Part shown: positions 30,622 to 40,425 of the stretch, one piece after another | How the letters are laid out: the number at the start of each line of letters is the position of its first letter | Numbering within the stretch: position 1 is the stretch's first letter | DNA from: Chloroflexota bacterium | GTDB taxonomy: Bacteria; Chloroflexota; Dehalococcoidia; SpSt-223 | Assembly: GCA_023512725.1 (NCBI GenBank) | Contig: JAILZB010000003.1 | Span: forward strand, 1 to 58,006 | DNA length: 58,006 bases | Direction: 5' to 3' | Program-made: the position numbers and the translations under genes | The notes under the pieces: generated by a model | Database searches by the model: none | Told to the model about the DNA's origin: nothing | Seen by the model: the letters and a program-made list of their open reading frames with translations, nothing else

Positions 30622-31460
30622 TCGGCTGGCTGCCAGCGATAGCTCGCTCCCCAGTGCTCGGCATAGCCGAATGGGGTTGGGTGGTGGTAGGCGACGAGGA
30701 GAAGCCGCTCCGCCGCGGCCTGCTGGAGCACCCGCAATCGCGTACGGTACGCCTGCTCGGGGGCACTGTCGAAGGCGCTGCTCCAGTTCGGCTTCTGAAA
30801 GTGCAGGGGGTGGTGGGAGAGGTCGCCCATGACAAGTGCCGTGGTCTTCCCGGAGCTCATCAGGACGCTGCGATGCCCGGGGGTATGGCCAGGAGTCTCA
30901 AGCAGCCGGATGCCTGGTGCAATCTCTACCTCCCCTTCCGGAAGCTCCAGCTGACCGGAAGCTGCCAGCACGGGCAGGTGGTCGCGGAGGGCGGGCACCG
31001 TCGCAAGGAACTGGGGCTGGGTCCAGTGGCGAAACTCAGGGCCAGCGAGCCAGTAGCGGGCGTGTGGGAAGGTCGGGCGGCGTTGCCCCGCTACCACGCT
31101 CGTGCTCCAACCGAGGTGGTCGGGATGGGCGTGGCTCAGCACCACGTCGCTAATGGCGGTGGGCGCGATCCCAGCTTGGGCAAGACCGTCGAGCAGCGTG
31201 CCTGGCTGCGCCCGGAGCGGTGAACTGGGGCCGAGCCCGGTATCGACCAGGATGAGCCGCTGGCCTGCGCGAATGACCAAGACGTGCATCGGCAGGATCG
31301 CGTGCCCCTGGGCATTCACCGGCTGGAGGAAGGGCGCGCTCCGCGCAACCGGCACGTCGCGGAAGAGCCGTTCCGGCGCGATCGCGAGGTCGCCATCGCT
31401 GCAGGTCAACAGGACGACGTCGCCAAGGGTGCGGGGGCCAGGAGGGGTCATCGGCGGCAC
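30618..31460 (-). CDS. Metallo-beta-lactamase fold hydrolase
   Basis: Motifs [24 protein letters not shown] and AYH. Confidence 0.92.
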   Translation of the reverse strand: MPPMTPPGPRTLGDVVLLTCSDGDLAIAPERLFRDVPVARSAPFLQPVNAQGHAILPMHVLVIRAGQRLILVDTGLGPSSPLRAQPGTLLDGLAQAGIAPTAISDVVLSHAHPDHLGWSTSVVAGQRRPTFPHARYWLAGPEFRHWTQPQFLATVPALRDHLPVLAASGQLELPEGEVEIAPGIRLLETPGHTPGHRSVLMSSGKTTALVMGDLSHHPLHFQKPNWSSAFDSAPEQAYRTRLRVLQQAAAERLLLVAYHHPTPFGYAEHWGASYRWQPAD

Positions 31461-31595
31461 CTTTCTCCCGTTCCGGCTCGACGGGGAGGAACGGGATCCG
31501 GTACGATAGGGCAGCGCTTCCCGCCAGCGCCATCAGAGAAGTGTTGCGCGAGCCTGCCAGCCGTTCTGCGGTCTGATGGGGTTCCCGGAGGATTC

Positions 31596-31886
31596 ATGGC
31601 CTACGTGATTACCGAGAACTGCATCGACACCCTCGACAAGTCGTGCGTCGAGGTCTGCCCGGTCGATTGTATCTACCACGAAGAGGGTGTCGACCGGATG
31701 CTGTACATCCACCCGGATGAATGCATCGACTGTGGAGCCTGCGAGCCGGCCTGTCCGGTGACGGCGATCTTCGCCGAAGATGAGGTGCCCGAGGACCAGC
31801 GCCACTTCATCGAGATCAACGCCCTCTATTTCACCGACCGGGAGGCCGCGCGGGCGCGCACCAACGCCGTCAAACCGGTTGCCTAG
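31596..31886 (+). CDS. fdxA: 7Fe/8Fe ferredoxin
   Basis: [22 protein letters not shown]...[13 protein letters not shown]; SD GGAGG. Confidence 0.93.
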   Translation: MAYVITENCIDTLDKSCVEVCPVDCIYHEEGVDRMLYIHPDECIDCGACEPACPVTAIFAEDEVPEDQRHFIEINALYFTDREAARARTNAVKPVA

Positions 31887-31955
31887 CGCGAGCGGTGCTG
31901 CCCCGCCGGCGTCGGGGGATAGTGTCGCCTGGTGGGCAGGAAGGAACGCGAGGGG

Positions 31956-32381
31956 GTGATCCCGCCAGCGGCAGTTCCATTTGTTGCCCAGGCCCGGGTC
32001 GGGCGCCTGGCGACGATCGGCGAGGACGGGCTTCCCTATCTGGTGCCGTTCTGCTACGTCCTCTGGCAGGGGGATCTCTGGTCACCGCTGGATACCAAGC
32101 CGAAACGGGTGCCGGTCGAGCGGCTGCGCCGGGTGCAGAACATCGTCGCCCGGCCGGGCGTTGGGGTGGTGATCGACCGGTGGTCGGAAGACTGGAGCGA
32201 GCTGGCCTACGTCCAGATCCGCGGCCACGCTCGGCTCGTCACGAGTGCTGAGGCGCGCGCGGCGGTCGTTCCGCTCCTTCGGGAGAAATACCCCCAGTAC
32301 CGGTCGATGCCGGCCCTAGATGAGAACCCGCTGCTCCAGATCACTCCGCTGGCGGTCGCGGTTTGGGGCCGTCTTGGGTAA
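31956..32381 (+). CDS. PPOX-class, probably F420-dependent, oxidoreductase (TIGR03668-like)
   Basis: RLATI...P.LVP...D.KPK...LRR..NI...DRWSEDWSEL..V..RG...KYPQY. Confidence 0.88.
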   Translation: MIPPAAVPFVAQARVGRLATIGEDGLPYLVPFCYVLWQGDLWSPLDTKPKRVPVERLRRVQNIVARPGVGVVIDRWSEDWSELAYVQIRGHARLVTSAEARAAVVPLLREKYPQYRSMPALDENPLLQITPLAVAVWGRLG

Positions 32382-32901
32382 CCACTTCGACCTCGCCGCA
32401 CCGGATCGCCGTGATGATGGCATCTCCCGTGCGCTCACCCACCTCCACGATGATCCAGGCTCGATTGATCATCTCGGGAGCGTGACAATCGTCTGAGGCG
32501 ACCCGGGGCCAGGAGAGCGCTTCGTAGCGCGGGCAGTAGCTCCCCTGGTTGGTGATTTCAAAGGCATCGAGCCGATGGTCGCGTAAGGCCCGGTGCACTT
32601 CCTCAGCCGTCATGTTGTAGCGCTGCGGGTGATTGAGGACCCGCAGGAGCTGAGTCTCCCCCCAGATGTAGCCGACGTGCTGCCAGCCGAGCTGCCGGTA
32701 GGAGACTTCGCACCCGCGCAGTACGAGCAGCCCATCGGGGATGATGAGCCGGTCGCGCTCTTCTTCGGTCAGCTCCTGGTCGTGGTCGGTGATAGCTACC
32801 GCATCGAAGCCATGCTCAGCGTAGCGGCGGAGCAGCTCATTGGGGGTGAGGGTGCCATCACTGCGGACGGTATGGGTGTGGAGGGCAACTTTCAGGAGCA
32901 T
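32341..32901 (-). CDS. Stand-alone PHP-domain phosphoesterase
   Basis: Motifs LHTHT..SDG, AITDHD, GCE, NHP and SDDCH. Start trimmed to ATG 32901. Confidence 0.85.
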   Translation of the reverse strand: MLLKVALHTHTVRSDGTLTPNELLRRYAEHGFDAVAITDHDQELTEEERDRLIIPDGLLVLRGCEVSYRQLGWQHVGYIWGETQLLRVLNHPQRYNMTAEEVHRALRDHRLDAFEITNQGSYCPRYEALSWPRVASDDCHAPEMINRAWIIVEVGERTGDAIITAIRCGEVEVVTQDGPKPRPPAE

Positions 32902-33071
32902 CTCGCCTGCTGAGGTACCGGGAGTCCAGAGTGTCGCTACACCCGCGGGGGAGCCACCCGGCAGTATACCATCCCTGTCCTGCGCTGGCTCCCCGTGCCT
33001 GGATGCTTGTTCCCTGCTCGGCTGGCCGGCATAATCCCCCACGCTCGCACCATCGCCTGGAGGGGACCACT

Positions 33072-34883
33072 GTGCGCATGCTCCTGCCGCTGCTGCTCAC
33101 GACGCTGACCCTCGGCAACACCCTGGCCCCAGCGGCTGCCCAGCAGCCACGGAACCTGATCGTTAATTTCGGCTTCGAGCAGGGCTTCGACCCCTCCGCC
33201 GGGGGTGAGGTCGGCAAAGGCTGGACGCCCTTTGTGCTGAGCGGCTCGCTGGCGTTCCGGGATACCGCTGGCCTCAGCCCCGGCTTCGTGGAGCGGATCG
33301 AGGGGATCACCTCCCAGACGCTCTGGTCGGATGGCTCGCCCTTTGTTGCCGGCCTCTGGCAGCGGCGCGGCGTCACCCCGGGCAAGTTCTATAAGGCATG
33401 GTATGCCACGGCTGCCAAAGTCCGGGGGGGGGGGCCGATGGTGCGGACCCTTGGCCTCGACCCGACCGGGGGCCAGGACCCGACTGCCCCAAGCGTCGTC
33501 TGGGGGTCGCGCTACGACGGCGAGAAATGGGCCACCATCGAGCAGGGCAATGCGCCGGTCGTGCGAGTAGCAGCCCAGGGCGACCGGTTGACCGTCTTCC
33601 TGAAGGTCGAGAACAGCGGTGGCGGCCCAAACCAGGCCTACCTCGATGCCGTCTTCCTGGTGGAGGATGGCGATGCGCCGGCCATCCAGCAGCCTGCTGT
33701 CGCCAACCAGCCCGGCAGCCAGCAGAGCCCGCCCCAGCAGGCGCCGACCCCGACCCCCCTGCCACCAACCCGCCCGCCGGGCACCGAAGGGCGGGATGAC
33801 TACCCGGTCGAGGGAGGGTGGTTCTATAGCCAGGCGAACGGCCGCGATGCGGGTGGGGTCTATGGCTACGCGGTGACCGATAATGATGGGGTCCCCTTCT
33901 GGAGCTGGTTCCAGCGCTACGGCGGCGTGACCGTGGTTGGTTACCCTGTCTCGCACCGCTTCCTCTGGGATGGGTTTGTCAGTCAAGCGTTCCAGAAGGT
34001 CATCTTCCAGTACCGACCGGACCAGGGCGGCGCGGTGGTGTTTGTCAACGTCTTCGACCAGCTCAGCAAAGCCGGCAAGGACGACTGGCTGCTGACCATC
34101 CGCAATGTCCCCAAGTCGCAGGACTGGTCGATCGATACGGGCAAAGAGTGGCCCACGATTGTGCAGAACCATCAGAAACTCCTCGACCCCTACCCGGCCA
34201 TCCGCAGCGCCTACTTGGCGGCTGCCGACCCGGTCACCCAGTTCGGGTTGCCGATGGGGGTGCAGGAGTTCAGCAATGTCATCGTGGTGCGAGCGCAGCG
34301 GACGGTGTTCCAGCAATGGAAGGTCGATGTGCCATGGGCGCGGGCCGGGCAGGTGGTGCTTGCGAACGGTGGTGATGTCGCCAAGGAAGCGGGGATCCTG
34401 CCCGCGGAGGCGATCGCTCCCCAGCCCTTCACCTACCGACCGAGCACGCTGCCCAGCGTGAGCCTGGCTGCACCGGCTGCCCCTTCGCCGACCGCTGCCC
34501 CGCCGGCGGCTCCGGCCGCCACGCCGACCCCCACGAGCAGCCTGCCCTACCGGGTGGAAAATGTGAGCTACCTGCCCAACTGCGGGCTGACCCAGTTGCG
34601 GGTGCTGGTCCGGGATGCTGGCGGTGCCCCCGTGAACGGGCTCATCGCGCGGATCGAGTGGGCCGACCAGAAACTGGAGTCCAACCCCACCGGCAAGCCG
34701 GGTGCCTACGATCCGGGGTGGACCGACATCGTGCTCCGCACTGGCACCGTCGCGAATAGCTGGCGGGTTTCGATCTGGGAAGGCGGCAACCTCGTCGGTG
34801 GGCCGGTCGAAGTCCAGACGACCGACTTCTGCCAGGGGCCGGATGCCAAGCAGATCGTCACCGTGACCTTCCGCCGGCGCTAG
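33072..34883 (+). CDS. Secreted multidomain surface protein (CBM-like N-domain, central surface domain, Pro/Thr linkers, C-terminal Ig/CarboxypepD-reg-like domain)
   Basis: Signal peptide ending AAA; jelly-roll pattern N.GFE...GW..F...YLDAV.L; central F.RYGG...GYP.S motif; C-terminal VRD..G.PV.G domain with a Cys pair. Confidence 0.8.
   Translation: MRMLLPLLLTTLTLGNTLAPAAAQQPRNLIVNFGFEQGFDPSAGGEVGKGWTPFVLSGSLAFRDTAGLSPGFVERIEGITSQTLWSDGSPFVAGLWQRRGVTPGKFYKAWYATAAKVRGGGPMVRTLGLDPTGGQDPTAPSVVWGSRYDGEKWATIEQGNAPVVRVAAQGDRLTVFLKVENSGGGPNQAYLDAVFLVEDGDAPAIQQPAVANQPGSQQSPPQQAPTPTPLPPTRPPGTEGRDDYPVEGGWFYSQANGRDAGGVYGYAVTDNDGVPFWSWFQRYGGVTVVGYPVSHRFLWDGFVSQAFQKVIFQYRPDQGGAVVFVNVFDQLSKAGKDDWLLTIRNVPKSQDWSIDTGKEWPTIVQNHQKLLDPYPAIRSAYLAAADPVTQFGLPMGVQEFSNVIVVRAQRTVFQQWKVDVPWARAGQVVLANGGDVAKEAGILPAEAIAPQPFTYRPSTLPSVSLAAPAAPSPTAAPPAAPAATPTPTSSLPYRVENVSYLPNCGLTQLRVLVRDAGGAPVNGLIARIEWADQKLESNPTGKPGAYDPGWTDIVLRTGTVANSWRVSIWEGGNLVGGPVEVQTTDFCQGPDAKQIVTVTFRRR
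33424..33434 (+). repeat. G11 homopolymer inside the surface-protein gene
   Basis: TCC-G11-CCG, encoding RGGGP. Confidence 0.9.
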
Positions 34884-34921
34884 CCGGTGGCGGCGTTGCC
34901 ACCTCGCCGGGAAGAGCCCTC

Positions 34922-37228
34922 CTACTCGCGGTAGGCGAGGCGGTACAGGTAGTAGAAGGTGCCGACCGAGCGGACGTAGCTGGACGTCTCGCGGTAGGTG
35001 ATCCGTTCGAGGAAGAGGTCGGAGTCGGTGGCGGCCAGGCCGGTGGTCCAACGCGGGACGGCCGCCGGGCCGGCGTTATACGCCGCGAGCGCCTGGTAGA
35101 CGTTGCCATTGAAGCGCTTGAGCTGCTCGGCCAGGTAATAGGCCCCGAACTCGAGCGCTACCTCCGGACGGTAGAGGTCGGCGGCGGTGAAGGAAGTCCG
35201 GCCAAGCGCCCGGGCGATCCCCGCTCCGGTAGCGGACATCACCTGGGTGAGCCCGTGCGCTCCCGCACTCGAACGCGCGTAGCGGTCGTAGGCGCTCTCT
35301 TGCCGGACCAGCGCGAGGAGCAACAGCGGGTCGACCCCGTAGCGGCGCGCGGCGTCCTCCACCAGCGAGCGGTACGGGGTGGGCAGCACGAGCCGCAGCA
35401 GTTTCCGCGGCGCCTCGACGAGCGAACGCTCGGGCGCCGCCGCCACCAGTTGTTCGGCAGCGAAGGCGCTTGCGCGCGGAAGCGGTTGCTCATCGAGCCA
35501 GAGGACTAGCTGATAGAGCGTCAGCGGGTCGGTGCGGAGGGTGGTCGCGAGTTCCCGGAACTCTTCGGTCGCCTCGCGGTAGAACCCCGCCCGCAGCAGC
35601 TCCTCCCCTCGCTGGAAGGCTGGCTGGTTCAGGAGGGCTGGGCCCGGCCGGCGGAGCTCGGCCGTGACCGTGATACCAGCCAGGGCGCCCACCCAGCGGT
35701 CAAGGGCGAGGAGATCGGCCGCGTCTTCGAGGGCGACTGTTACCCCGGCGCGCGGTGGCGCCTGGGGAACGACTTCCCCCTGGCGGAGGGCGCGGGCGCG
35801 CAGCCCCGCCAGATCCCCGGGCGCGGTTGCCTCGGCCGCCTGCCAGAAGGCATCCGCCTGGGCGCGGTTCCCACTCGCCGCGGCGAGTTTCCCCAACCAC
35901 AGGTTGGCAGCGGCCTGCCAGGGAGGGGCAGCCGCGCGGGCAAGTTCGGCGAAGGTGGCCTGGGCAGTGGACTGGTCGCCGAGTTCGAGCGCAAGGAGGG
36001 CCGCCCGGTAGCGGGCCTCCTCGCGGCGACTGCTGCGGGGAAAGCGGTCCGCCAGCCGCTGGTAGACGCTGATGGCCTCGCGACCACGGCCGAGGGACTC
36101 GAGTAACTGCCCAGCCTGAAAGAGCGCCTCATCGGCGCTTTTCTGCCCGGGATAGCTACTGGCAGCCCGCTCGAAGTCGGCGAGCGCGCGGTCCGGCTGC
36201 CCGAGGTAGCGGTAGGCGAGGCCGCGGTGGAGCAAGGCATCGGCCGCGAGGGCGGAGCCCGGTTCGCGGGTGAGGAATTCGGTGAGGGCGCTCACAGCGT
36301 CGGCTTCGCGGTCGGCGGTGTACCAGCTAATGCCGCGCAGGTAGGGCCCGGGGTCGCCCCCCAGCCGGGCGAGCTCGCGCACCGCAGCGGCGGCCCAGCC
36401 GGTGTGGGGGTAGCGCTGCACGACTTCGAGGAAGAGGGCGGCTGCCTCGCTGCCGCGACCAAGCCGGGCGAGTGCGGCGGCGCGACGGTAGCGCACCTCG
36501 GCCTGGTAGACGTCGGCCTGGGCGAGCGACTGCAGCCGCTGCCAGGTCTGGGCAACCGCCTGGTCGTTACCCAGCCGCTCGTAGACGCTCGCGAGCTGCT
36601 CCAGGGCGGCGATCGTGCTCAGGCGGGCGAGCCCCGCGCTCGCGGCTGCCTCCAGCTCGGGAACTGCCTCATTCAGCCGACCGAGCGCTCCTAAGGATTC
36701 CCCAATCTCAAGCGCAAGGTAGCCGCCGATGGCCGTTGGCGCCGCGCGGTACTCGCGGAACAGGCGGACCGCCTCGTCGTGGGCACCGACGATCTGGCTG
36801 GCTTTCGCCAGGATCCCGATCGCGGCGAGCCGGCGGGGGTCATCGGGGGCGCGCGTGACGAACGCTGCCAGCACTGGGATCGCCTCGCCATCCCGGTCAT
36901 CGAGGTAGAGCGCCTCACCGAGCAAGAACTGGGCGCTCCGCTGGATTGCCTCACTGGCCGGGCGGTCGAGGACCGCCCGGTAGCGCTCGACGGCAGCAGC
37001 GTAGCGTCCTTGCTGCTGGAGCAGCTTCCCCTCCTCGAGGAGCCGCTCGGCCTCGCGATCGTTGGCAGCGGCTGGCGCGGGCCAGAGCAGCAGCTCGAGG
37101 CCCCACCTGATCGGCAACGGCGGTGGAGGTGCGAAAATCAGCAGGGCGAGGGCCAGGAGAGGGGCCAGCAGGAAGAGGGAGAGATGCAAGGCGCGAACCA
37201 GGCGCGCGACCATCGGCTGAAGTGGCAC
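34922..37228 (-). CDS. TPR-repeat soluble lytic transglycosylase (Slt70-like)
   Basis: Many TPR repeats; catalytic motifs ALVRQES, GAHGLTQVM, AAYNAG and ET..YV. Start is GTG 37228 (GGAG upstream) or ATG 37213. Confidence 0.92.
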   Translation of the reverse strand: MPLQPMVARLVRALHLSLFLLAPLLALALLIFAPPPPLPIRWGLELLLWPAPAAANDREAERLLEEGKLLQQQGRYAAAVERYRAVLDRPASEAIQRSAQFLLGEALYLDDRDGEAIPVLAAFVTRAPDDPRRLAAIGILAKASQIVGAHDEAVRLFREYRAAPTAIGGYLALEIGESLGALGRLNEAVPELEAAASAGLARLSTIAALEQLASVYERLGNDQAVAQTWQRLQSLAQADVYQAEVRYRRAAALARLGRGSEAAALFLEVVQRYPHTGWAAAAVRELARLGGDPGPYLRGISWYTADREADAVSALTEFLTREPGSALAADALLHRGLAYRYLGQPDRALADFERAASSYPGQKSADEALFQAGQLLESLGRGREAISVYQRLADRFPRSSRREEARYRAALLALELGDQSTAQATFAELARAAAPPWQAAANLWLGKLAAASGNRAQADAFWQAAEATAPGDLAGLRARALRQGEVVPQAPPRAGVTVALEDAADLLALDRWVGALAGITVTAELRRPGPALLNQPAFQRGEELLRAGFYREATEEFRELATTLRTDPLTLYQLVLWLDEQPLPRASAFAAEQLVAAAPERSLVEAPRKLLRLVLPTPYRSLVEDAARRYGVDPLLLLALVRQESAYDRYARSSAGAHGLTQVMSATGAGIARALGRTSFTAADLYRPEVALEFGAYYLAEQLKRFNGNVYQALAAYNAGPAAVPRWTTGLAATDSDLFLERITYRETSSYVRSVGTFYYLYRLAYRE

Positions 37229-37247
37229 GCTGCTCCACCACAGCGCC

Positions 37248-38225
37248 GTGACTGAGACGAGGGGCGCCGTGAGGCCAAGTATAGCCGCCGAGCAAGCGAG
37301 CCTCAATGAGAAGGGGTCACCTTGCAGCGAAGGTGTCTTCCCTCCACTCCCCGAGCGGGTCGCCCAGCTGACCCAGATTGCGCGTGCTGACCTGATCGCC
37401 GCCCTCGGCTGGCTCGGTCGCGGTCCGGCGCGCTGGCTGGTGGCCCGTGCTGGCGACGCGGCGGCGGCGGCCTTTGCCCGCGACCTGCTCGCCTTCGACC
37501 AGGGGATTGCTGAGCACGGTCTAACCGCCGCTGCGCGCCAGCTCCTTGCTCGCCACGTTGGGGAGCTGCGGGTGCGCGGCCGGGAGCACCTTCCCCCTCG
37601 CGGGCCGGTGCTGCTGATCGCCAATCACCCCGGCCTGAGCGATGCCCTCGCCCTGATCGTGGCCGTCGGGGACGACACCTTGCAGCTCGTTGCGGCAGCG
37701 CGGCCGTTCTTCACTGCCCTGCCCGCCCTCAGCAAGCAGCTCATCCTGGTGGGGAACGCTGGGGAGTACGGAACTGCCCGCGCCATCCTCAGCCGCTTGC
37801 GAGCTGGAGGCCGGGTGGCGACTTTTCCTGCTGGAGCCATCGAACCTGACCCGCTGCGCCACCCAGCGGCCCTGCTCGGACCGAAGCCGTGGCTCCCACG
37901 GGTAGCGACCTTTGCCCGCCGACTGCCTGCTGTCGCCGTGATCCCTGTTGTTATTGGCGGGGTGTTGACCCCGCTCGCATTGCGACAGCCGCTGGCGCGG
38001 GTGCACTGGTCACGCGCCGCCCGGGAGCGGGCTGCGGCGATGCTCCAGGTCCTGCGCCCCTCGCTCCGACCAGCAGCGGTGCGGCTTGTTTTCGGGCCAC
38101 CCCTGCGTGAGTGGAGCCCGGAGACGCTTGATGCGACCTACCGAGCTCTCGACCAGGCCCTCCGCGCTCCCACGGGCTGGACGGTACTCCCGCTCGCCGG
38201 CGCACGCCCAGCTACGTCGAGCTGA
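37248..38225 (+). CDS. PlsC-like glycerolipid acyltransferase (start uncertain)
   Basis: GREHLP..GPVLLIANHPGLSD (HxxxxD motif), FPAG and FG.P. Confidence 0.82.
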   Translation: MTETRGAVRPSIAAEQASLNEKGSPCSEGVFPPLPERVAQLTQIARADLIAALGWLGRGPARWLVARAGDAAAAAFARDLLAFDQGIAEHGLTAAARQLLARHVGELRVRGREHLPPRGPVLLIANHPGLSDALALIVAVGDDTLQLVAAARPFFTALPALSKQLILVGNAGEYGTARAILSRLRAGGRVATFPAGAIEPDPLRHPAALLGPKPWLPRVATFARRLPAVAVIPVVIGGVLTPLALRQPLARVHWSRAARERAAAMLQVLRPSLRPAAVRLVFGPPLREWSPETLDATYRALDQALRAPTGWTVLPLAGARPATSS

Positions 38226-39007
38226 TGGACGATGAGCACCAGCTCACCGGCCGCAATCTGGCGTTGGCGCGCGAGCAGCCAGCGCTCGAACGCAGTCGGG
38301 CCGACCACGGCTGCAGTCGCCTGACGGTGGAACTCCAACATCGTCTCGAGGACCACCAGCTCGTCGGCGGTATAGCCCCCCTCGCGTGCTGCGATCACCC
38401 AGTCGGAGCTGCCGATAGCGCCGAGCTGAGCGCCCGCTGCCCGGAGGGCTGCTAGGAGCCGCCGACCCGTCTGGCTGCGCTGTTCACCTGCCTGGTCCAT
38501 TGAGGCGTGGTAGGCTGCGCCAATCGTCCGGTCGAGCGCAAGGGGCGGGAACCACTCAGTCAGGCCATCGAAGTTCAGGGTTGCCCAGAAGACGCCGCCC
38601 GGCCGGAGCAGGCGCAGCAGGTCGGCGACTGCTGAGGAGAGGGGCAGCAGGTCAAGGAGGTGGTGGGCAATGACGAAGTCGAATTGGCCGCTCGCCCGTT
38701 CGGCAAGCTCCGCTAGCGAGGCCACGTCGAACTCTATCCGCCAACGCGGCGGGAGTGTTCTGAGCTGCCGGGTAGCAGCAACGAGATTGGCATCAGGGTC
38801 GACGGCAAGAAGCCGGACAGACCGCTTAGGGGAGAGCAGTCTCCAACGCAGCAAGCGCTCGACCATCGCCCCCTGGCCGCAGCCGACATCGGCGACGCTC
38901 AGGGCAGTACGACCAGCTACAGCCGCGCGTACCCACCCGACAACCCCCTGGTTGAGGGCGCGGTCATCGAGGGAGGCCTTGGCAGTGAGGTACCGCGGGT
39001 AGTCTAT
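38138..39007 (-). CDS. Class I SAM-dependent methyltransferase with a probable ATA start codon
   Basis: The frame reads (ATA)DYPRYLTAKASLDDRALN...ADVGCGQG before the first ATG at 38866. SD AGGAG lies 8 nt upstream of the ATA. Also FD.VIAH.LLD and G.SDW. Confidence 0.85.
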   Translation of the reverse strand: MDYPRYLTAKASLDDRALNQGVVGWVRAAVAGRTALSVADVGCGQGAMVERLLRWRLLSPKRSVRLLAVDPDANLVAATRQLRTLPPRWRIEFDVASLAELAERASGQFDFVIAHHLLDLLPLSSAVADLLRLLRPGGVFWATLNFDGLTEWFPPLALDRTIGAAYHASMDQAGEQRSQTGRRLLAALRAAGAQLGAIGSSDWVIAAREGGYTADELVVLETMLEFHRQATAAVVGPTAFERWLLARQRQIAAGELVLIVHQLDVAGRAPASGSTVQPVGARRAWSRAR

Positions 39008-39339
39008 GGTTTCCGCTCCTGTCGCAGGCTGAGGACTAGAAAGAACACGAGCAGCAGCTCGAGCAGCTTATCGAGATAGCCGATCAGGCTGCGTTCCCCG
39101 ACAGCGACCCAGGCCAGGATCGTGATGACGGTATAGCCCAAGAAGATCCCGTGCAGCAGCTGCCGCCGCTCCGGGCCGAGCGGACGTTCGGTGAGGTAGG
39201 CGAACGCCAGGGCCAGGTAGCCGAGGCCGTTGAGAAAGAAGAGGAGGTCAGGGAGCTGGAGTAGGAGCGACCAGTGGATCAGGGCAGTTGCTACCGCGAG
39301 CAGCGCGACAATCCAGCGAACACTCTGGCGCGACATCAT
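39004..39339 (-). CDS. Small 4-TM membrane protein
   Basis: TA.IH...F.LNGLGY...YT..TI.AW...GY.DK..E; ATGA-coupled to the upstream GT gene. Confidence 0.8.
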   Translation of the reverse strand: MMSRQSVRWIVALLAVATALIHWSLLLQLPDLLFFLNGLGYLALAFAYLTERPLGPERRQLLHGIFLGYTVITILAWVAVGERSLIGYLDKLLELLLVFFLVLSLRQERKP

Positions 39340-40424
39340 CCCTCCTTCGCCGCCACGAGCGCGCGGAGAAACTGACGGGCCTGCTGGCCCGCCTCCTGCC
39401 ACGTTGGATGGCAATTGTAGTGGGCAAGCGCTGCCTCGCTCATCGCCGCAAGTCGCTGGCGGTCCAACAGGGAGCGGAGCGCGGTAGCGAGGCCTGCCAG
39501 GTCGTCCGGGGAGACGACGAGTCCGGAGACCCCTTCCTCGATGACGGTGCGGCCACCGCCTGCGCTCGAAACGATCGCCGGCAGCCCGAAGCCGAGCCCC
39601 TCTAGAGCCGCGATGCCGAACCCTTCGTACCACGAAGGCTGGGCGAGCACATCGTGGGTGGGAAGCAACCCCCTGAGAGTGGCATCATCCACCTGCCCGG
39701 TCAACCGTACTGCGCCTGCGAGCCCCTGACGAACGATGAGCCGCTGCAACCGCCGGACAAACGCCCGGTCACGGTCGAGTGGTCCGACGACCGTGAGTTG
39801 CCAGCTCCCGGCGGGTAGGGTCGCGAGCGCCCGGAGGAGGCCATCGAGATTCTTCCGCCGCTCGACCGTGCCGACGCTGAGGATGCGCAGTGGGCCCGGT
39901 CGGCAAGCGCGCGCCAGCACCGCGACCCGTTCCAATGGTGGGCCCAGGCGGTCGCGACCGGGTGGAACGAGGGCATTGGCCGGCTGGTCGCGGCGCCAGG
40001 CGAGCACTGCCATCCGGCTGGCTTCGGACGGGAAGAGAAAAGCTTCGACCGAATCCAGGAAGCGCGGCTCGAGCAGGCGGGTGAGCAGCCCCGTTAGGCC
40101 GGTGGGCCGTTCACACTGGCGGAGGTGATGGACGATGGCAACCACCGGCGCCCGGACCTGCCGCCGGATGAAGCGATTTGCCCAGGCGAGTGCCGAGAAG
40201 GCCAGCTCATCTTCGAGCACCACCGCTGGCTGCAGCCGTGCCAGCTGGTGGACCAGGCGCACCGCCAGGCTGCCTAGCACTGCCACTCCGAACGGGAGAA
40301 GCGGGAGGGAGATGACGATGACTTCATCGCCGGCTGCGCGGAGCTGCTCGACCAGGATCCGGTCGTAGAGATAGCCACCGGAAAGCCGGTCGAGCCGGCC
40401 GGGCAGCACGAGGGCCAGCCGCAC
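39336..40424 (-). CDS. Glycosyltransferase family 4
   Basis: Motifs SGGYLYDR, VHH, RKN and PSWYEGFGIAALE. Confidence 0.92.
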   Translation of the reverse strand: MRLALVLPGRLDRLSGGYLYDRILVEQLRAAGDEVIVISLPLLPFGVAVLGSLAVRLVHQLARLQPAVVLEDELAFSALAWANRFIRRQVRAPVVAIVHHLRQCERPTGLTGLLTRLLEPRFLDSVEAFLFPSEASRMAVLAWRRDQPANALVPPGRDRLGPPLERVAVLARACRPGPLRILSVGTVERRKNLDGLLRALATLPAGSWQLTVVGPLDRDRAFVRRLQRLIVRQGLAGAVRLTGQVDDATLRGLLPTHDVLAQPSWYEGFGIAALEGLGFGLPAIVSSAGGGRTVIEEGVSGLVVSPDDLAGLATALRSLLDRQRLAAMSEAALAHYNCHPTWQEAGQQARQFLRALVAAKEG

Positions 40425-40425
40425 C

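Noticed and set aside
32937-35051. 704-aa minus-strand ORF
   Set aside because: Shadow of the secreted protein on the plus strand. The same applies to most Arg/Pro/Gly-rich ORFs in the track.
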